From Octopus bimaculoides (taxonomy: Eukaryota): a stretch of 64,000 bases of DNA. Shown piece after piece: positions 26,149-38,580 of this stretch (within the stretch, counting starts at the first letter, position 1; each line of letters begins with the position of its first letter). Made by a program: the position numbers and the translations under genes. Location of the stretch: positions 38,542,985 to 38,606,984 of the forward strand of contig NC_068985.1 of assembly GCF_001194135.2 (NCBI RefSeq). Reading direction: 5' to 3'. Under the pieces are notes generated by a model. That model saw nothing but the letters and a program-made list of their open reading frames with translations. It was not told the origin of the DNA and did not search any database.

Positions 26149-26786
26149 AAAGTACGTTCTCAATTTATATATATATATGTACGTGTATAAGTATGTATGT
26201 TGCCATGTACTTAAGCAGTCACATACGATGTCTGAATCAAGAAAGAGAAAAGTTGACGGCGCTGTTACGCATTCGCACAATATTGGAATTTACTGTGTTG
26301 CGTATGTATAGCACTATGACTACATAATTCAGACATATATTTTTTGAAGAATTTGGAAATTATGGTTATACTTCTAATCAAAAATTAATAGAGCGTTTTC
26401 GATTAATGGCTCCCCCTCGAAACTAAAGTCTCTTGAAATTTTTTTTCATAGAAACATAATTCTTTTTTAATTTTCTTATTTTGGTTGCACTCACTTCTGA
26501 GGCTGGCCTGGAAATCTTAAGACAAAATGATTTATGGAAATATAATCCTTCGTTTAATCTATTTTCGGGACTTTCGTCTTGTTTAATTTTAATGAGAATA
26601 ACTTAAGCACTACCTGAATATAATTTATTTCCAATATGTGTTGTAATTATAGATGACTTTTATCATTGGCTGTGAAGAGAAGTTTTGTTCTTATTGACAC
26701 TGCACAACTGCGAGGGTTAGATAACACGGTAACATCCTACGGAGTACAAAAGAGATAAACACTTAGTACTCATTGAATAATACATA

Positions 26787-27014
26787 TACGAGGGGCTGCT
26801 GAAAAGTTCCTCGCTTTGACTAAAAGAAAATACAGGAGGATCAATTAATTATGATTTTATTCATCATACTCCCATTTCTGATTCACACACACTTATTGCA
26901 GCGGACCTTCAGTTTTTCTAAGTCCTATAAAAGAACTCGAAAGGTTGTGCCTCAAATCAAGCCTTTCGCGAAACCCTTAAAGCTATGAGCATTGCAGCAC
27001 CACTCCCACTCGTA
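26787..27014. mobile_element. Mariner-derived MITE, about 225 bp (copy 1)
   Basis: TA-flanked TACGAGGGG..CTGAAAAGTTCC..GCTTT and imperfect inverse ..AAAGCT..CACTCGTA; second copy at 41120-41333. Confidence 0.75.
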
Positions 27015-27039
27015 CATATTTATATATTTTGCTTTAATG

Positions 27040-27290
27040 AAAATATTTTTAATGACCAATAATATGCAAATCAGACTTTATGTTAAATCTTCGAAAATAC
27101 GTAAAAACACTACATTACTTTCACAACATACATGGGATCTCAAGTAAAGAATTATAAACGACGCCAATGGGACAAGAGCATTGTTGGAAAGATATCATAG
27201 AATAAAAACAACAGAAAGCATAACCAACGCAAAACTGCGAAGTCTGAAATTACAGCCTTCGTGACAGTTATCTTTAGAGTTGGATCAAAA
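27040..27290 (+). mobile_element. PLE GIY-YIG endonuclease C-terminal remnant
   Basis: KNTTLLSQHTWDLK resembles PLE T.LS.HIW.LK. Confidence 0.4.
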
Positions 27291-27640
27291 TGTGTATCAC
27301 AAGTTTATATTAAAGAAAATTCATTTAATGCATGAGGGATTCAATTCCTAGATACAAGAGAAAAATAGAGTTACAGTGTATTCCCACAAAATATAAAAAT
27401 ACATCTTTACATAGGAATCAGGATTTAATTTCATTGGAGCGGAAAATATCGATTAAAGCCACGTACCGCATATTAAAACGAGGTTCTATGAGATAGCTTA
27501 TGCAATTGATATATTCTTAGCATAATCTTGAATTGCTCCACCTTGACCCATATATTGTTGGGTTAGGAAGCATGAAATATGTGAAGCGCCGAATAATGAC
27601 AGCAATATACCAACATCACACACGCACGTACGCATGCACG

Positions 27641-27676
<36 letters not shown>

Positions 27677-27889
27677 CTCTCTCTCACACACACTCACACA
27701 TACGCATGCACTGGCACACAAATAGAATGATAGATAAATACATACATGCATTCATATGTGTGTGGGTATAGACATACATAGAAATAATTTACTCAAAAGT
27801 ACATAGCACGATTATTAATGCTTTCTTGAACGAAACAAATGGTCTTTTCTTCGGCTCACCCTCTGAATCATAATCTTTCCTATTATAGG

Positions 27890-28056
27890 CTCAAAGCCTG
27901 AAAGTTTGGAGAAGTGGGTAGACGATTCCATCGACCTCAGTGTTCAACTGGTATTTACTTTTTCGACTCCGGCGGTATTTCAATACGTAACATAAAGACG
28001 GACGAAATACCGCTAAGCACTTTGAACGGCGTACTTGCTATTCCGTTAGCTCGTTG
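27890..28056 (-). mobile_element. SINE family A (tail A2), internally deleted
   Basis: AAAGACGGACGAAATACCGCTAAGCAC and CGACCTCAGTG..CAACTGGTA motifs. Confidence 0.75.
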
Positions 28057-28091
28057 NNNNNNNNNNAGCTCGTTGCTCTGACGATGAGGAT

Positions 28092-28094
28092 AAT

Positions 28095-28163
<69 letters not shown>

Positions 28164-28219
28164 TATTATTATTATTATTATAATAACAATAATAATAATA
28201 ATAATGATATAATAATAAC
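28092..28219. repeat. (AAT)n/(ATT)n microsatellite
   Basis: Directly visible. Confidence 0.95.
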
Positions 28220-28224
28220 AATTT

Positions 28225-28350
28225 GGCTTGATAAAAACATTGAACAAAAACATAGAAGCTATACGTGAACCCTCAACACTACACACTATCCTTAAAACAG
28301 CCCTGCTTGGAACAGCCGACATCCTACGCAAGACACTATCGATTCAGTAA
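28225..28350 (+). mobile_element. R4/Dong-like (restriction-like endonuclease) non-LTR retrotransposon, 3' coding end
   Basis: GLIKTLNKNIEAIREPSTLHTILKTALLGTADILRKTLSIQ* matches the C-terminal K.ALLGTA.ILRK.L motif. Confidence 0.7.
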
Positions 28351-28689
28351 TACAACCCAGGAAAGACAATCCAGAAAAATGAGTAACTCTACATAGTAAA
28401 AATCCAATAAAATAAGCAACCACCAATAGAACGGATACCCAAGAGAAGAACCCAACTCGCATTGTATACGCAACACACAATGCAATTACTAATACAACAA
28501 AAGACAGCAATGAAACCCTATAACAAAACGAACTGACGCAATACAATAGCAGGAAGAGTTTGCACTCCTCTAACAACAAAAATGAACACACAATGTTGCA
28601 CACACCCCAGCAACACAGAATGTAGCAGGTTATGCAGTTCAAATTTGCCTGAAATTAACACGTTGAATAATAATAGTAATGATGGTCTC

Positions 28690-28952
28690 TCCTGTTGAAT
28701 ACCGAACGACCTGCACAAATGATTTGTTTATAGTGATCAAATGTTCGTGCTGCACATTAGCTCACGCTCTCCGTCAAATCGACGTTGTCTGAACAGGTGC
28801 ATGGTGTACTACGTGTTACATATCGACATCATCGCCGAGCGACGCGAGATGAAATGTTTTGCTCAAGAACACAACGCCCCAGCCAGTCTAGGATTTGAAA
28901 CCACGATCTCGCGATCGTGAGTACAACACCGTAGCCACTAAGCCATGTGCCT
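28690..28952 (-). mobile_element. SINE family C
   Basis: Minus head AGGCACATGGCTTAGTGGCTACGGTGTTGTACTCACGATCGCGAGATCGTGGTTTCAAATCC. Confidence 0.8.
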
Positions 28953-29291
<339 letters not shown>

Positions 29292-29699
29292 TTCTTCTAT
29301 TAGCTTCACGGGCCCAGGATATAGAGAACAATATCAAAGTACGAATTACATGACACAAAACAAAACAAAAAAAAAATAGTACTAAGTGCTATATTTCCTG
29401 TCGTATAATGTATGCATTCGTTGTATACATGTATGTACATATACACATACTGACGCTTATACACGAACTTACAAGCATACACATATGAACACATATGAGG
29501 GTGTACCCAGAAGAAACCGGAGTTTTACAATATTATTTTATTCACTTAGACTTACATATTTACACTTTTATCGTCTTCAAAGTATTCCCTATTTAAAGCA
29601 ATGCATCGGTCCAGGCGCATTTTCTGAAGTTCGAAGCAATGCTGGAACTCTTGGTAATTGATTACTTTTAACGCCTCCATCATGTTTTCTTCACCTTTT

Positions 29700-30181
29700 C
29701 CACGTCTGCAACTTCCGTAGCACCCACTTTCATTACTAGTGTTGACCTTCGAAAAAAAAAGGTCCACATCAACTCTCAACTGTTCTTTCAGTGACTGCTT
29801 TTATCTTCCGTGAGCAAGCGAGGCAGAAATTTCGAAGCAAATCTTTTCATTCGCAATTCCTCGCACAAAATCCGTTGGCAGGAGTTCCAGGACACACCAG
29901 TCATATCAAGAATTTCTTCAAATACTTCAGTAACGGTCCTTCAAGATTAGAATTTTCATGATGTTTTCATTTGTTCGAGCGGACCGTGATCGTCCTGAAT
30001 GAGGTTTCTCTTCAAGCGACAAGTGACCATTTCTAAAGCGTGGAAACCACTCGTAAAGTTGTGTTTTGACCATGGCAGCGTCCTTGTAAGCTGTTTGAAG
30101 CATGACAACTGTTTCGACCGCCGTTTTCCGCAGTAGAAAACATAATTTCACGGAAGCACGCTGTTCCTTCGTTTCAGCCAT
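29700..30181 (-). pseudogene. Mariner transposase N-terminal (HTH) remnant
   Basis: MAETKEQRASVKLCFLLRKTAVETVVMLQTAYKDAAMVKTQLYEWFPRFRNGHLSLEEKPHSGRSRS.. then ..KRFASKFLPRLLTEDKK..; stop at 29927 and most of the catalytic domain deleted. Confidence 0.85.
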
Positions 30182-30334
30182 CGCAAAATTGACAAACAGG
30201 GGAGAAGCACTGCAAAACAAAGACGCACTACATGGTAGTACGATATTAAACGACAATGCCGATCGGCAGACTGATGCCTGAGGGTTGCATCAAGCGGCTT
30301 CTAGCGGCGTATTTGTTACAACGCGACCGTTTCT

Positions 30335-30750
30335 TATATCTTTATTGCCCACAAGGGGCTGAACATAGAGGGGACAAACAAGGACTGACAAAGGGATTAA
30401 GTCAATTACATCGACCCCAGTGCGTAACTGGTACATAATTTATCGACCCTGAAAGGATGAAAGGCAAATTTGACCTCGGGGCAATTTGAACTCAGAACGT
30501 AACGGCAGACAAAATACCTATTTCGTTATTGCCCACAAGGGGCTAAACATAGAGGGAACAAACAAGAACAGACGAACGGATTAAGTCGATTACATCGACC
30601 CAGTGTGTAGCTGGTACTTAATTTATCGACCCCGAAAGGATGAAAGGCAAAGTCGACCTCGGCGGAATTTGAACTCAGAACGTAACGGCAGACGAAATAC
30701 CGCTAAGCATTTCGCCCGGCGTGCTAACGATTCTGCCAGCTCGCCGCCTT
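30335..30750 (-). mobile_element. SINE family A dimer (full copy plus 5'-truncated copy) inside one 19-bp TSD
   Basis: TTACAACGCGACCGTTTCT (30316-30334) and TTACAATGAGACCGTTTCT (30749-30767). Confidence 0.9.
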
Positions 30751-30799
30751 ACAATGAGACCGTTTCTGGCTACACTTGGGTAGCCCCACGTACACGCAT

Positions 30800-31020
30800 T
30801 TATAAAAATTGAGAGTCTCCTTGTACTCGAATATCATTGACCGTACATATGTTTGCTTTCTCCCAAACAGCAGCAAAAAAACGTACCAGGGAATTGATCT
30901 CACACAGCAGAGTAAGTGTAAAAGAATAGCCAGAGAAGCAGTGGAAATACAACTGCATTTGTGAACCTTCCTAAACAACTACTGCCAACATTCATATGGT
31001 ACTCTCTGACGAAAGTACAA
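30800..31020 (+). mobile_element. PLE GIY-YIG C-terminal remnant
   Basis: LTQQSKCKRIAREAVEIQLHL*TFLN matches PLE KR..(K/R)EA(I/V)EI..H...LN; followed by CTGACGA. Confidence 0.5.
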
Positions 31021-31450
31021 ACGCTGATGCTAATGAAAATAAAGATGATTACGATGACGACCATGGTGACTATGATAGTGAGGTTTATGCTGTAGACGAA
31101 AGGGTAATAGGAGTAAGATTAAGGAAATGAGAACGACGAGGAATATGTTGAAGTGGATGAAAAAAAAAGTAACCTTTTACTCAGTTGTATTTTCAGTCTA
31201 CCCATCCGAATATTTATCCTATAGATATAGAACTTTATAATATATATATGTATATATAATACACAAACACACACACACGTATATATTGTAATGATAATAA
31301 GGATTATTACGAAGTAGCATAGCATTGCCTTTAATTACTTTTTATATAGCGAGCTTGACATATACCTATACATGTTTCTAATGCATCGATTAGTAACCAT
31401 TGCAATCGCAACCCTACTATAATACTGGTGCAGCTACTTCAGTCTTCATT

Positions 31451-31485
<35 letters not shown>

Positions 31486-31621
31486 NNNNNNNNNNNNNNN
31501 NNNNNNNNNNNNNNNNNNNNNNNNNNNNNNNNNNNNNNNNNNNNNNNNNNNNNNNNNNNNNNNNNNNNNNNNNNNNNNNNNNNNNNNNNNNNNNNNNNNN
31601 NNNNNNNNNNNNNNNNNNNNN

Positions 31622-31790
31622 GTATGTATGTATGTATATATATACACATAGATATAGATATTAGCATATGTATATGTATGTATGTATGTATGTATATATA
31701 TACACATAGATATAGATATTAGCATATGTATATGTATGTATGTATGTATGTATATATATATACACATACATATAGATATTAGCATATGCA
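31622..31790. repeat. Three tandem copies of an about 55-bp unit containing TACACATAGATATAGATATTAGCATATG
   Basis: Directly visible. Confidence 0.9.
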
Positions 31791-31902
31791 CATATGTATT
31801 TTATCTATAACAACGTACATATACACACACGTGCAAGTACACACACACACAACGCTTGTATATATATGTATATATGTGTGTATGTTTGTTTGTGTATGTA
31901 TG

Positions 31903-31934
<32 letters not shown>

Positions 31935-33197
31935 CATTCCAAATTTTGTGTACATGTCATGAAATGTACAGATTAAAATATGACTATCTTGCTATGTGGT
32001 ACGATAAGAAATTCATAATCGCATTATATCACCACCACTCTAACGGCACCACCAACATCACCACACCACACCATCACCACTACCACCATAACCACTACAC
32101 TATCATCACCCCCCCCCCACACACACACATAAAAAAAAAAATTGGTTCTCCGCATCTCTACGAAGCGAATCTTTTAGTACAATATTCTGCATGCTTATCG
32201 AGCGTGAATGTTTCCTGTGCGTTAGCGAAATTTGTAGTGGTTCCCAGTCGAAAAACTGGGTCTTTGTGGGCAGCTGCACTGAAATTATGGGCAAGATGAT
32301 AAGATCTTTGTGTCACAGAGAGTGCCAATGAAAATAAGCCATAAAAGATAGAGCGTCCGGAAGAAAGAAACACAAGACGTTTTATTGCAGGTCTAAACGT
32401 TCTTAGTATGGGAATGTTTCTTTATAGTTAGGATATGTACGTTCATACCAAACATTCACATATATACAGTCAGAAATACATATGTATACTGAGACACGAG
32501 TAGGCAAACACACACTAATGCCAACACACAAAACTACACACCACAAATACGTACCGAATCCTGCGCACGAGCGTAATGCTTAATTATGAATGTTTAGAAA
32601 CACGCAGTAACACACACGGCCTATTTCTATCGTAGTTACAACATAAAAAGAAAAACGTTCGCACACACATAAACACATATACGAGATATATGCACCCGTA
32701 TTATCTCATTTAGAGAGGCAAATATATTAATAAAGAAATAGATAGAATATTTTAATATATAGATATGTATTAACTCTGTGAATCTCATTCCCTCTATTTT
32801 CTCTCTCTCTCTCTCTTAATTCCTCTCTTTTTTCTCTCTCTCGCTCTCTTTGACCACATATATATGTATGTTATATATATGTGTGTGTGTGTGTGAAGCA
32901 CCCATATTAATGCCTGTATACATCTACCCATGTGAACACGTATCTACTGACAAGTATATATGCGAGTATATGTGTGTGCAAAAATATTTATATTAGTTTA
33001 ATAGGAACCATAAAAGCACTAAACGAAGCTTTTGACCTATTTAATGTTTCTATTGCCTTACCTCAAATTGAGAGCTACCCCCAAAACATATCTACAATAC
33101 ATATGTTCACATATACAAATGTGAATATATATACATATACACACATTACCAAACCTGTACATATATATAAATATATGCATATATGTCTACATATATA

Positions 33198-33279
<82 letters not shown>

Positions 33280-33691
33280 TGTAAATATCTGTGTATGAGT
33301 GTGTGTGTGCGTACATACATGCATACATACATACACAAACATATGTATATATATGCATATATATATATATATGTGTGTATGTGTATATGTATTTATATAC
33401 AAATATATACAGATATATCAACGTACGTGCGCATATTTATAGTATAATGACTTACATACAGATTAGAGTAAATTTTATATTTTACCGAAATGTTTGAATG
33501 CCAGAACCCATGAAAGTGGGACATATGTCCGATCATCTATGCTTGTGAAACTGTACAACATCATTTCTGAATTCAATGGTAATCAAATGTTAATGTCTTA
33601 TATCTTAAACCATCTGTGTGAGAAAGATATTCAATGTACATAGAATGTGACACTTATTCGGTAGACATGATAAAACTCCAAGTTTCGGATG

Positions 33692-33929
33692 CCGGGGTGG
33701 GAACCCACGCCAACATCTCTTCAGTTATCCGGCCATTGAAAATTCCTGTCCTAGTTTATGAAGCCACCGTGGACTCTATATCCACTAAGGACACAGTTTC
33801 AACGAAAAAATACACGGGACTCACGGATGGTAATTTCAAGGCCAGATTCAATAATCACACTTTGAGCTTCAGGCACTGGGGCGACAGGAATTTTCTATGG
33901 CCGGGTAACCGAAGAGATGTTGCGTGGGT
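33692..33929. mobile_element. Inverted-repeat element enclosing a PLE GIY-YIG fragment
   Basis: IRs 33703-33750 and 33883-33929 differ at only about 4 positions; interior encodes VYEATVDSISTKDTVSTKKYTGLTDGNFKARFNNHTLSFRH. Confidence 0.7.
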
Positions 33930-34915
33930 NNNNNNNNNNNNNNNNNNNNNNNNNNNNNNNNNNNNNNNNNNNNNNNNNNNNNNNNNNNNNNNNNNNNNNN
34001 NNNNNNNNNNNNNNNNNNNNNNNNNNNNNNNNNNNNNNNNNNNNNNNNNNNNNNNNNNNNNNNNNNNNNNNNNNNNNNNNNNNNNNNNNNNNNNNNNNNN
34101 NNNNNNNNNNNNNNNNNNNNNNNNNNNNNNNNNNNNNNNNNNNNNNNNNNNNNNNNNNNNNNNNNNNNNNNNNNNNNNNNNNNNNNNNNNNNNNNNNNNN
34201 NNNNNNNNNNNNNNNNNNNNNNNNNNNNNNNNNNNNNNNNNNNNNNNNNNNNNNNNNNNNNNNNNNNNNNNNNNNNNNNNNNNNNNNNNNNNNNNNNNNN
34301 NNNNNNNNNNNNNNNNNNNNNNNNNNNNNNNNNNNNNNNNNNNNNNNNNNNNNNNNNNNNNNNNNNNNNNNNNNNNNNNNNNNNNNNNNNNNNNNNNNNN
34401 NNNNNNNNNNNNNNNNNNNNNNNNNNNNNNNNNNNNNNNNNNNNNNNNNNNNNNNNNNNNNNNNNNNNNNNNNNNNNNNNNNNNNNNNNNNNNNNNNNNN
34501 NNNNNNNNNNNNNNNNNNNNNNNNNNNNNNNNNNNNNNNNNNNNNNNNNNNNNNNNNNNNNNNNNNNNNNNNNNNNNNNNNNNNNNNNNNNNNNNNNNNN
34601 NNNNNNNNNNNNNNNNNNNNNNNNNNNNNNNNNNNNNNNNNNNNNNNNNNNNNNNNNNNNNNNNNNNNNNNNNNNNNNNNNNNNNNNNNNNNNNNNNNNN
34701 NNNNNNNNNNNNNNNNNNNNNNNNNNNNNNNNNNNNNNNNNNNNNNNNNNNNNNNNNNNNNNNNNNNNNNNNNNNNNNNNNNNNNNNNNNNNNNNNNNNN
34801 NNNNNNNNNNNNNNNNNNNNNNNNNNNNNNNNNNNNNNNNNNNNNNNNNNNNNNNNNNNNNNNNNNNNNNNNNNNNNNNNNNNNNNNNNNNNNNNNNNNN
34901 NNNNNNNNNNNNNNN

Positions 34916-35370
34916 GTCTCTCGGTACATAGGCATAAACGGAAACTTTTAAAATTTAACGAATATTTATCAGATTATGTAATGGTATACTCACGATATGT
35001 AGCCGGGAGATTTATTCACTGATCAATGCTGCATCACTTGGAACTTTATTCCAGTTTGTCCGATATAATTTTCATCACATGTTGAACATTTTATACAAGA
35101 AAACAAAGAAGAAAGAAGACATGCACCCAACACCAGAGCTGAAGACACCTCCGAAGGGGGGGGGGGCGCCACGTCAAAACGGTAGAGGAGTAGGGGCCGA
35201 AACCGGACGTGGTTCCTCCTGATGATGTCTTGAGCTAACTGGATCCTATAAAGGAGCTGTTGTGGTAGCAGACCACGAAACATGGTTGAAATTCCTCACT
35301 CCATTTCTTATACAAGTAAAATAATTCCTTATCATGTGTTATTCTTTTGGCTTTCTATACAATTTCATTA
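34916..35370 (-). mobile_element. PLE GIY-YIG remnant interrupted by a ~200-bp insertion
   Basis: Minus CIKCSTCDENYIGQTG..; duplicated TTATACAAG(T)AAAA at 35091 and 35308. Confidence 0.7.
35130..35290 (+). ncRNA. Two degenerate hammerhead-like cores in tandem
   Basis: CTGAAGA (35139-45)..CGAAAC (35198-203) and CTGATGA-TG (35219-27)..CGAAAC-ATG-GTT (35276-87); second has an extended helix II (GTCT/AGAC, GCTA/TAGC, TCCT/AGGA). Confidence 0.4.
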
Positions 35371-37384
35371 CATCGGACACGTTGATACGTATTTCAAAGC
35401 TGAATCTCTCGCTTTTCAAATATTGGTTCTCTTGCGTTGAATATAATTTGAGATTTGTTAACATTCCCCGTCGCGATATTTCTTGTTTTTATTAGATTAG
35501 TGTGGGTTTGTAAAACTCTATTCACTCCGCTATCTTTTCCAAGCATTTGCACAATTTGAAAAGTAATACCATAGGTTTTATGTTTAGGACTGTGAGTAAT
35601 GTCAAATACTTAATCAAGTATATTGTATTAGAATTTGAGCATCAATAGTCTTGGTTCGTTATTTACAGAATATATCAATAATATCTTTGAATATGAGAAG
35701 GTGCAGCCACACTAAAAGAAGCTGTATGGATCAACAAATTTTTTCAGCTAAAGTCAAACCAGAGTTTTGTTTTGTTTTCTAATTCTCATACAGGTAAACA
35801 AGTTTCGGCATATAAATACTCGCGAAAATATTCGTCACTGACTTTCAGAATTCCGCGGTGGTTAAATGTTTGCTTGTGCAGTTGTGGTGTGTTACGCTTT
35901 CATTGCCCGGTTTATTTTAAACATCTTAAAGCATCGTCTTAAGTAGTAGAGCTAGAAAAAATTAAAAACTTTCTGATGAAACGTAATCACCAGAAGTCTG
36001 AGAAGACAATCAGTGGTTTCGTTCTATGTGGATTTCATTCCCCAAAGCTAAGCAGCCGATAATATAGGGTGCGTCAGAACCAAATCGACTTTCTGAATCG
36101 TAGTTCATGTTTCATGCAGACAACAGCAATATTGAAATGTAATAAACTACGATGAAAGCCAATTTAAATTTGTCATTAATTTAGTACGAGTTAAATTAAT
36201 TTCTACTGGCATATTGTGGAGAAAGTAGCTTAAAATGATAATTATAACTGTAGTTGTAAGTAGTAATTGCAATATCACGTGGAGAGTCGACCATTTCTAT
36301 CTATCTATATGTATGTATTTGTGGTAGGGAGAGTGAGAGAGAGAGAGAGAGAAAAGAGATCCATACTACTTAGTCTAAATATGTATACAAACGCATGAGT
36401 GTAACTAGTTTACGTGCATTTACACTCATAAATACATAGCAATAAAAACAGACAGAAGCCTACGGGTGCACATATATACAAAGATACAAACAAAGCTGCG
36501 TTCTGTTTCGACAAATAAACAAAATATTCCACTTCTCTTTGAATTCATTCGAACTGCTATACTTTTTCAGCAAGTGAAAAACAGATCTCAGTGTGAAATG
36601 AAATGGAAATATATATTTAACTACGATTCCATTTTTCTTTAAGACTTTTGTAGTAGCGTGATATCTACAATGAATCTAGGCATAGCTAATATCAAAATAT
36701 AAAAGTAAAAGAAACATATCATATATCGTAATTTGTCGGTAAACCATAACATAGTTTAATTACAATATATGAAACGTCATTACAGACTTCTTACAGTTCG
36801 TATATAATTGTGTTCTGCACAAGATTAATCAGTTTCTTAATCAGTTGTTTTCTTGTCTTGAAGAACACAAAATTGCAATTGCGAAATAGAATATGTTGGG
36901 TACAGCATAATAGTGGTGCTTTATAAATGTCATTTTGTATTAGGATAAGGCAGTGCCAAATATTTCTCCCGAAAAATGCAAATTGCACCTCTTTCTTAGC
37001 ACTCACACATACGCGCACGCACGCACGCACGCGCACTCACACACACATATATGCATACATAAATATATACATACGTGCATATNNNNNNNNNNNNNNNNNN
37101 NNNNNNNNNNNNNNNNNNNNNNNNNNNNNNNNNNNNNNNNNNNNNNNNNNNNNNNNNNNNNNNNNNNNNNNNNNNNNNNNNNNNNNNNNNNNNNNNNNNN
37201 NNNNNNNNNNNNNNNNNNNNNNNNNNNNNNNNNNNNNNNNNNNNNNNNNNNNNNNNNNNNNNNNNNNNNNNNNNNNNNNNNNNNNNNNNNNNNNNNNNNN
37301 NNNNNNNNNNNNNNNNNNNNNNNNNNNNNNNATACAAAATGACAGATATGGACAGCTTATGGGATTACCTTGCGTTCCATGTCC

Positions 37385-37630
37385 ACTAAGCGTTTAGCAT
37401 TACAGTGTTTCTTCAGACGCTATATACAAGTTCGGTTTTTGTAATTGTGAACTTTTTTCGCCATGAACGGTTTGTATTTTTAAACCGAATGTAGTTTTCT
37501 GGTGTTATATTTATTCCTGAACATGTGTAAAGAAATTTTGATTTATTAAGTCTCTTAATGAATTCTTTATACTGAAATATATATTGAAGAAGATAAATAT
37601 GTCCATTTGAATATATACGTTTTTGCATCG
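37385..37630 (-). mobile_element. PLE 3'/pLTR-like remnant ending in a decayed hammerhead-like motif
   Basis: Minus ..YIRFKNTNRS..TKTELVYSV then CTGAAGA-A-ACA-CTGTAA-TGC-TAAA-CGC. Confidence 0.4.
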
Positions 37631-38394
37631 TAACTCCTTTATTATTATTATTATATATATATATACATATACATATATACACGTACATAAATAGTGGACT
37701 CAGCCGTCGTTAGATGACAGATAAGGGCTTTGCAATTTCTTTTGTTGCCGAACTGCCACACAGATGATTTGTTGATTATGATGAAACGTTTGTGCTCACT
37801 TAAGCTCATTCCCACCCACAAATCGACATTACCTGTATAGATGCACGAGGTGCCATATGTCACATGACGAAATGGTCGCAGAGCAATTGCTTTAACGTGT
37901 ACGAAAAAGAAAAATCAAATATATTTCGTAGACAGATGCAGTGCAGTGTATTTGGCCGTTTACCAAAAGAAAGTAATGGACACTGAAACTTATATGTATG
38001 CACTGAAGCTACTTCAGACGCGAGAATTCAGTTAATATGGTTGTAAGGAATATGTAACAAACTGGATTGGGCATAATCACCCTTCTATCAACCTCCTCAA
38101 TCAAAATCAAAAGGACTTCGAAATTATCTATTATAGTCTGAAAGTTGTTGCATTGTCCTTGTTATCTAGCACCAGTCACTTAGTCTGTTTAGGGCGTGCG
38201 CGTTGGAATGTCATCGAAGAATCAGACAAGGCCAGCAAACCTAGTACACAGATAGACTGTGTTTCCGTTTATTTGATGATGGACTGTTCACTCCTACATG
38301 CAGAATTCCATAGTAAGTGTTGTTACATTTCTCTACTGTCTAGTTGCTTTTGATATAATTATTGTGTAAACTGGAAGTGTTTTTCTTTAAATCT

Positions 38395-38580
38395 AAGTCG
38401 ACCCTGACCAGGAAGACATAAGATAAGCGCTTCATCTATAACGATGTTCTCTTTTTTTCATGTATCCAGGACTACATTATCAAATACGTCGTTCCGTTTT
38501 TTAGATGATAGGGTGTAGTTTTAAAGAAATTTGATTGCTACTTTAAGCAGGTCGATCCATCATGTATATGATTTCTCATT
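38395..38580 (-). mobile_element. Diverged interspersed repeat family D; related fragments at about 8310-8470, 43170-43320 and 51340-51520
   Basis: Shared GACTACATTATC.A..., GATAGGGTGT.GTTT and GCAGGTCGA-like motifs among copies. Confidence 0.4.

Larger units (their letters stand above)
29494..30792 (-). mobile_element. Internally deleted mariner (Tc1/mariner) element with nested SINE dimer
   Basis: TA-flanked imperfect TIRs TATGAGGGTGTACCCA.. and ..TGGGTAGCCCCACGTA (18/29 match by eye); transposase remnant on minus. Confidence 0.85.

Noticed and set aside
30871-30911. Apparent exon with good acceptor and gtaagt donor
   Set aside because: The frame reads through the donor into a PLE endonuclease motif (KRIAREAVEIQLH); better explained as a TE remnant
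31622-31790. Regularly spaced repeats as a CRISPR-like array
   Set aside because: Spacers are microsatellite rather than unique, and the context is eukaryotic; ordinary minisatellite
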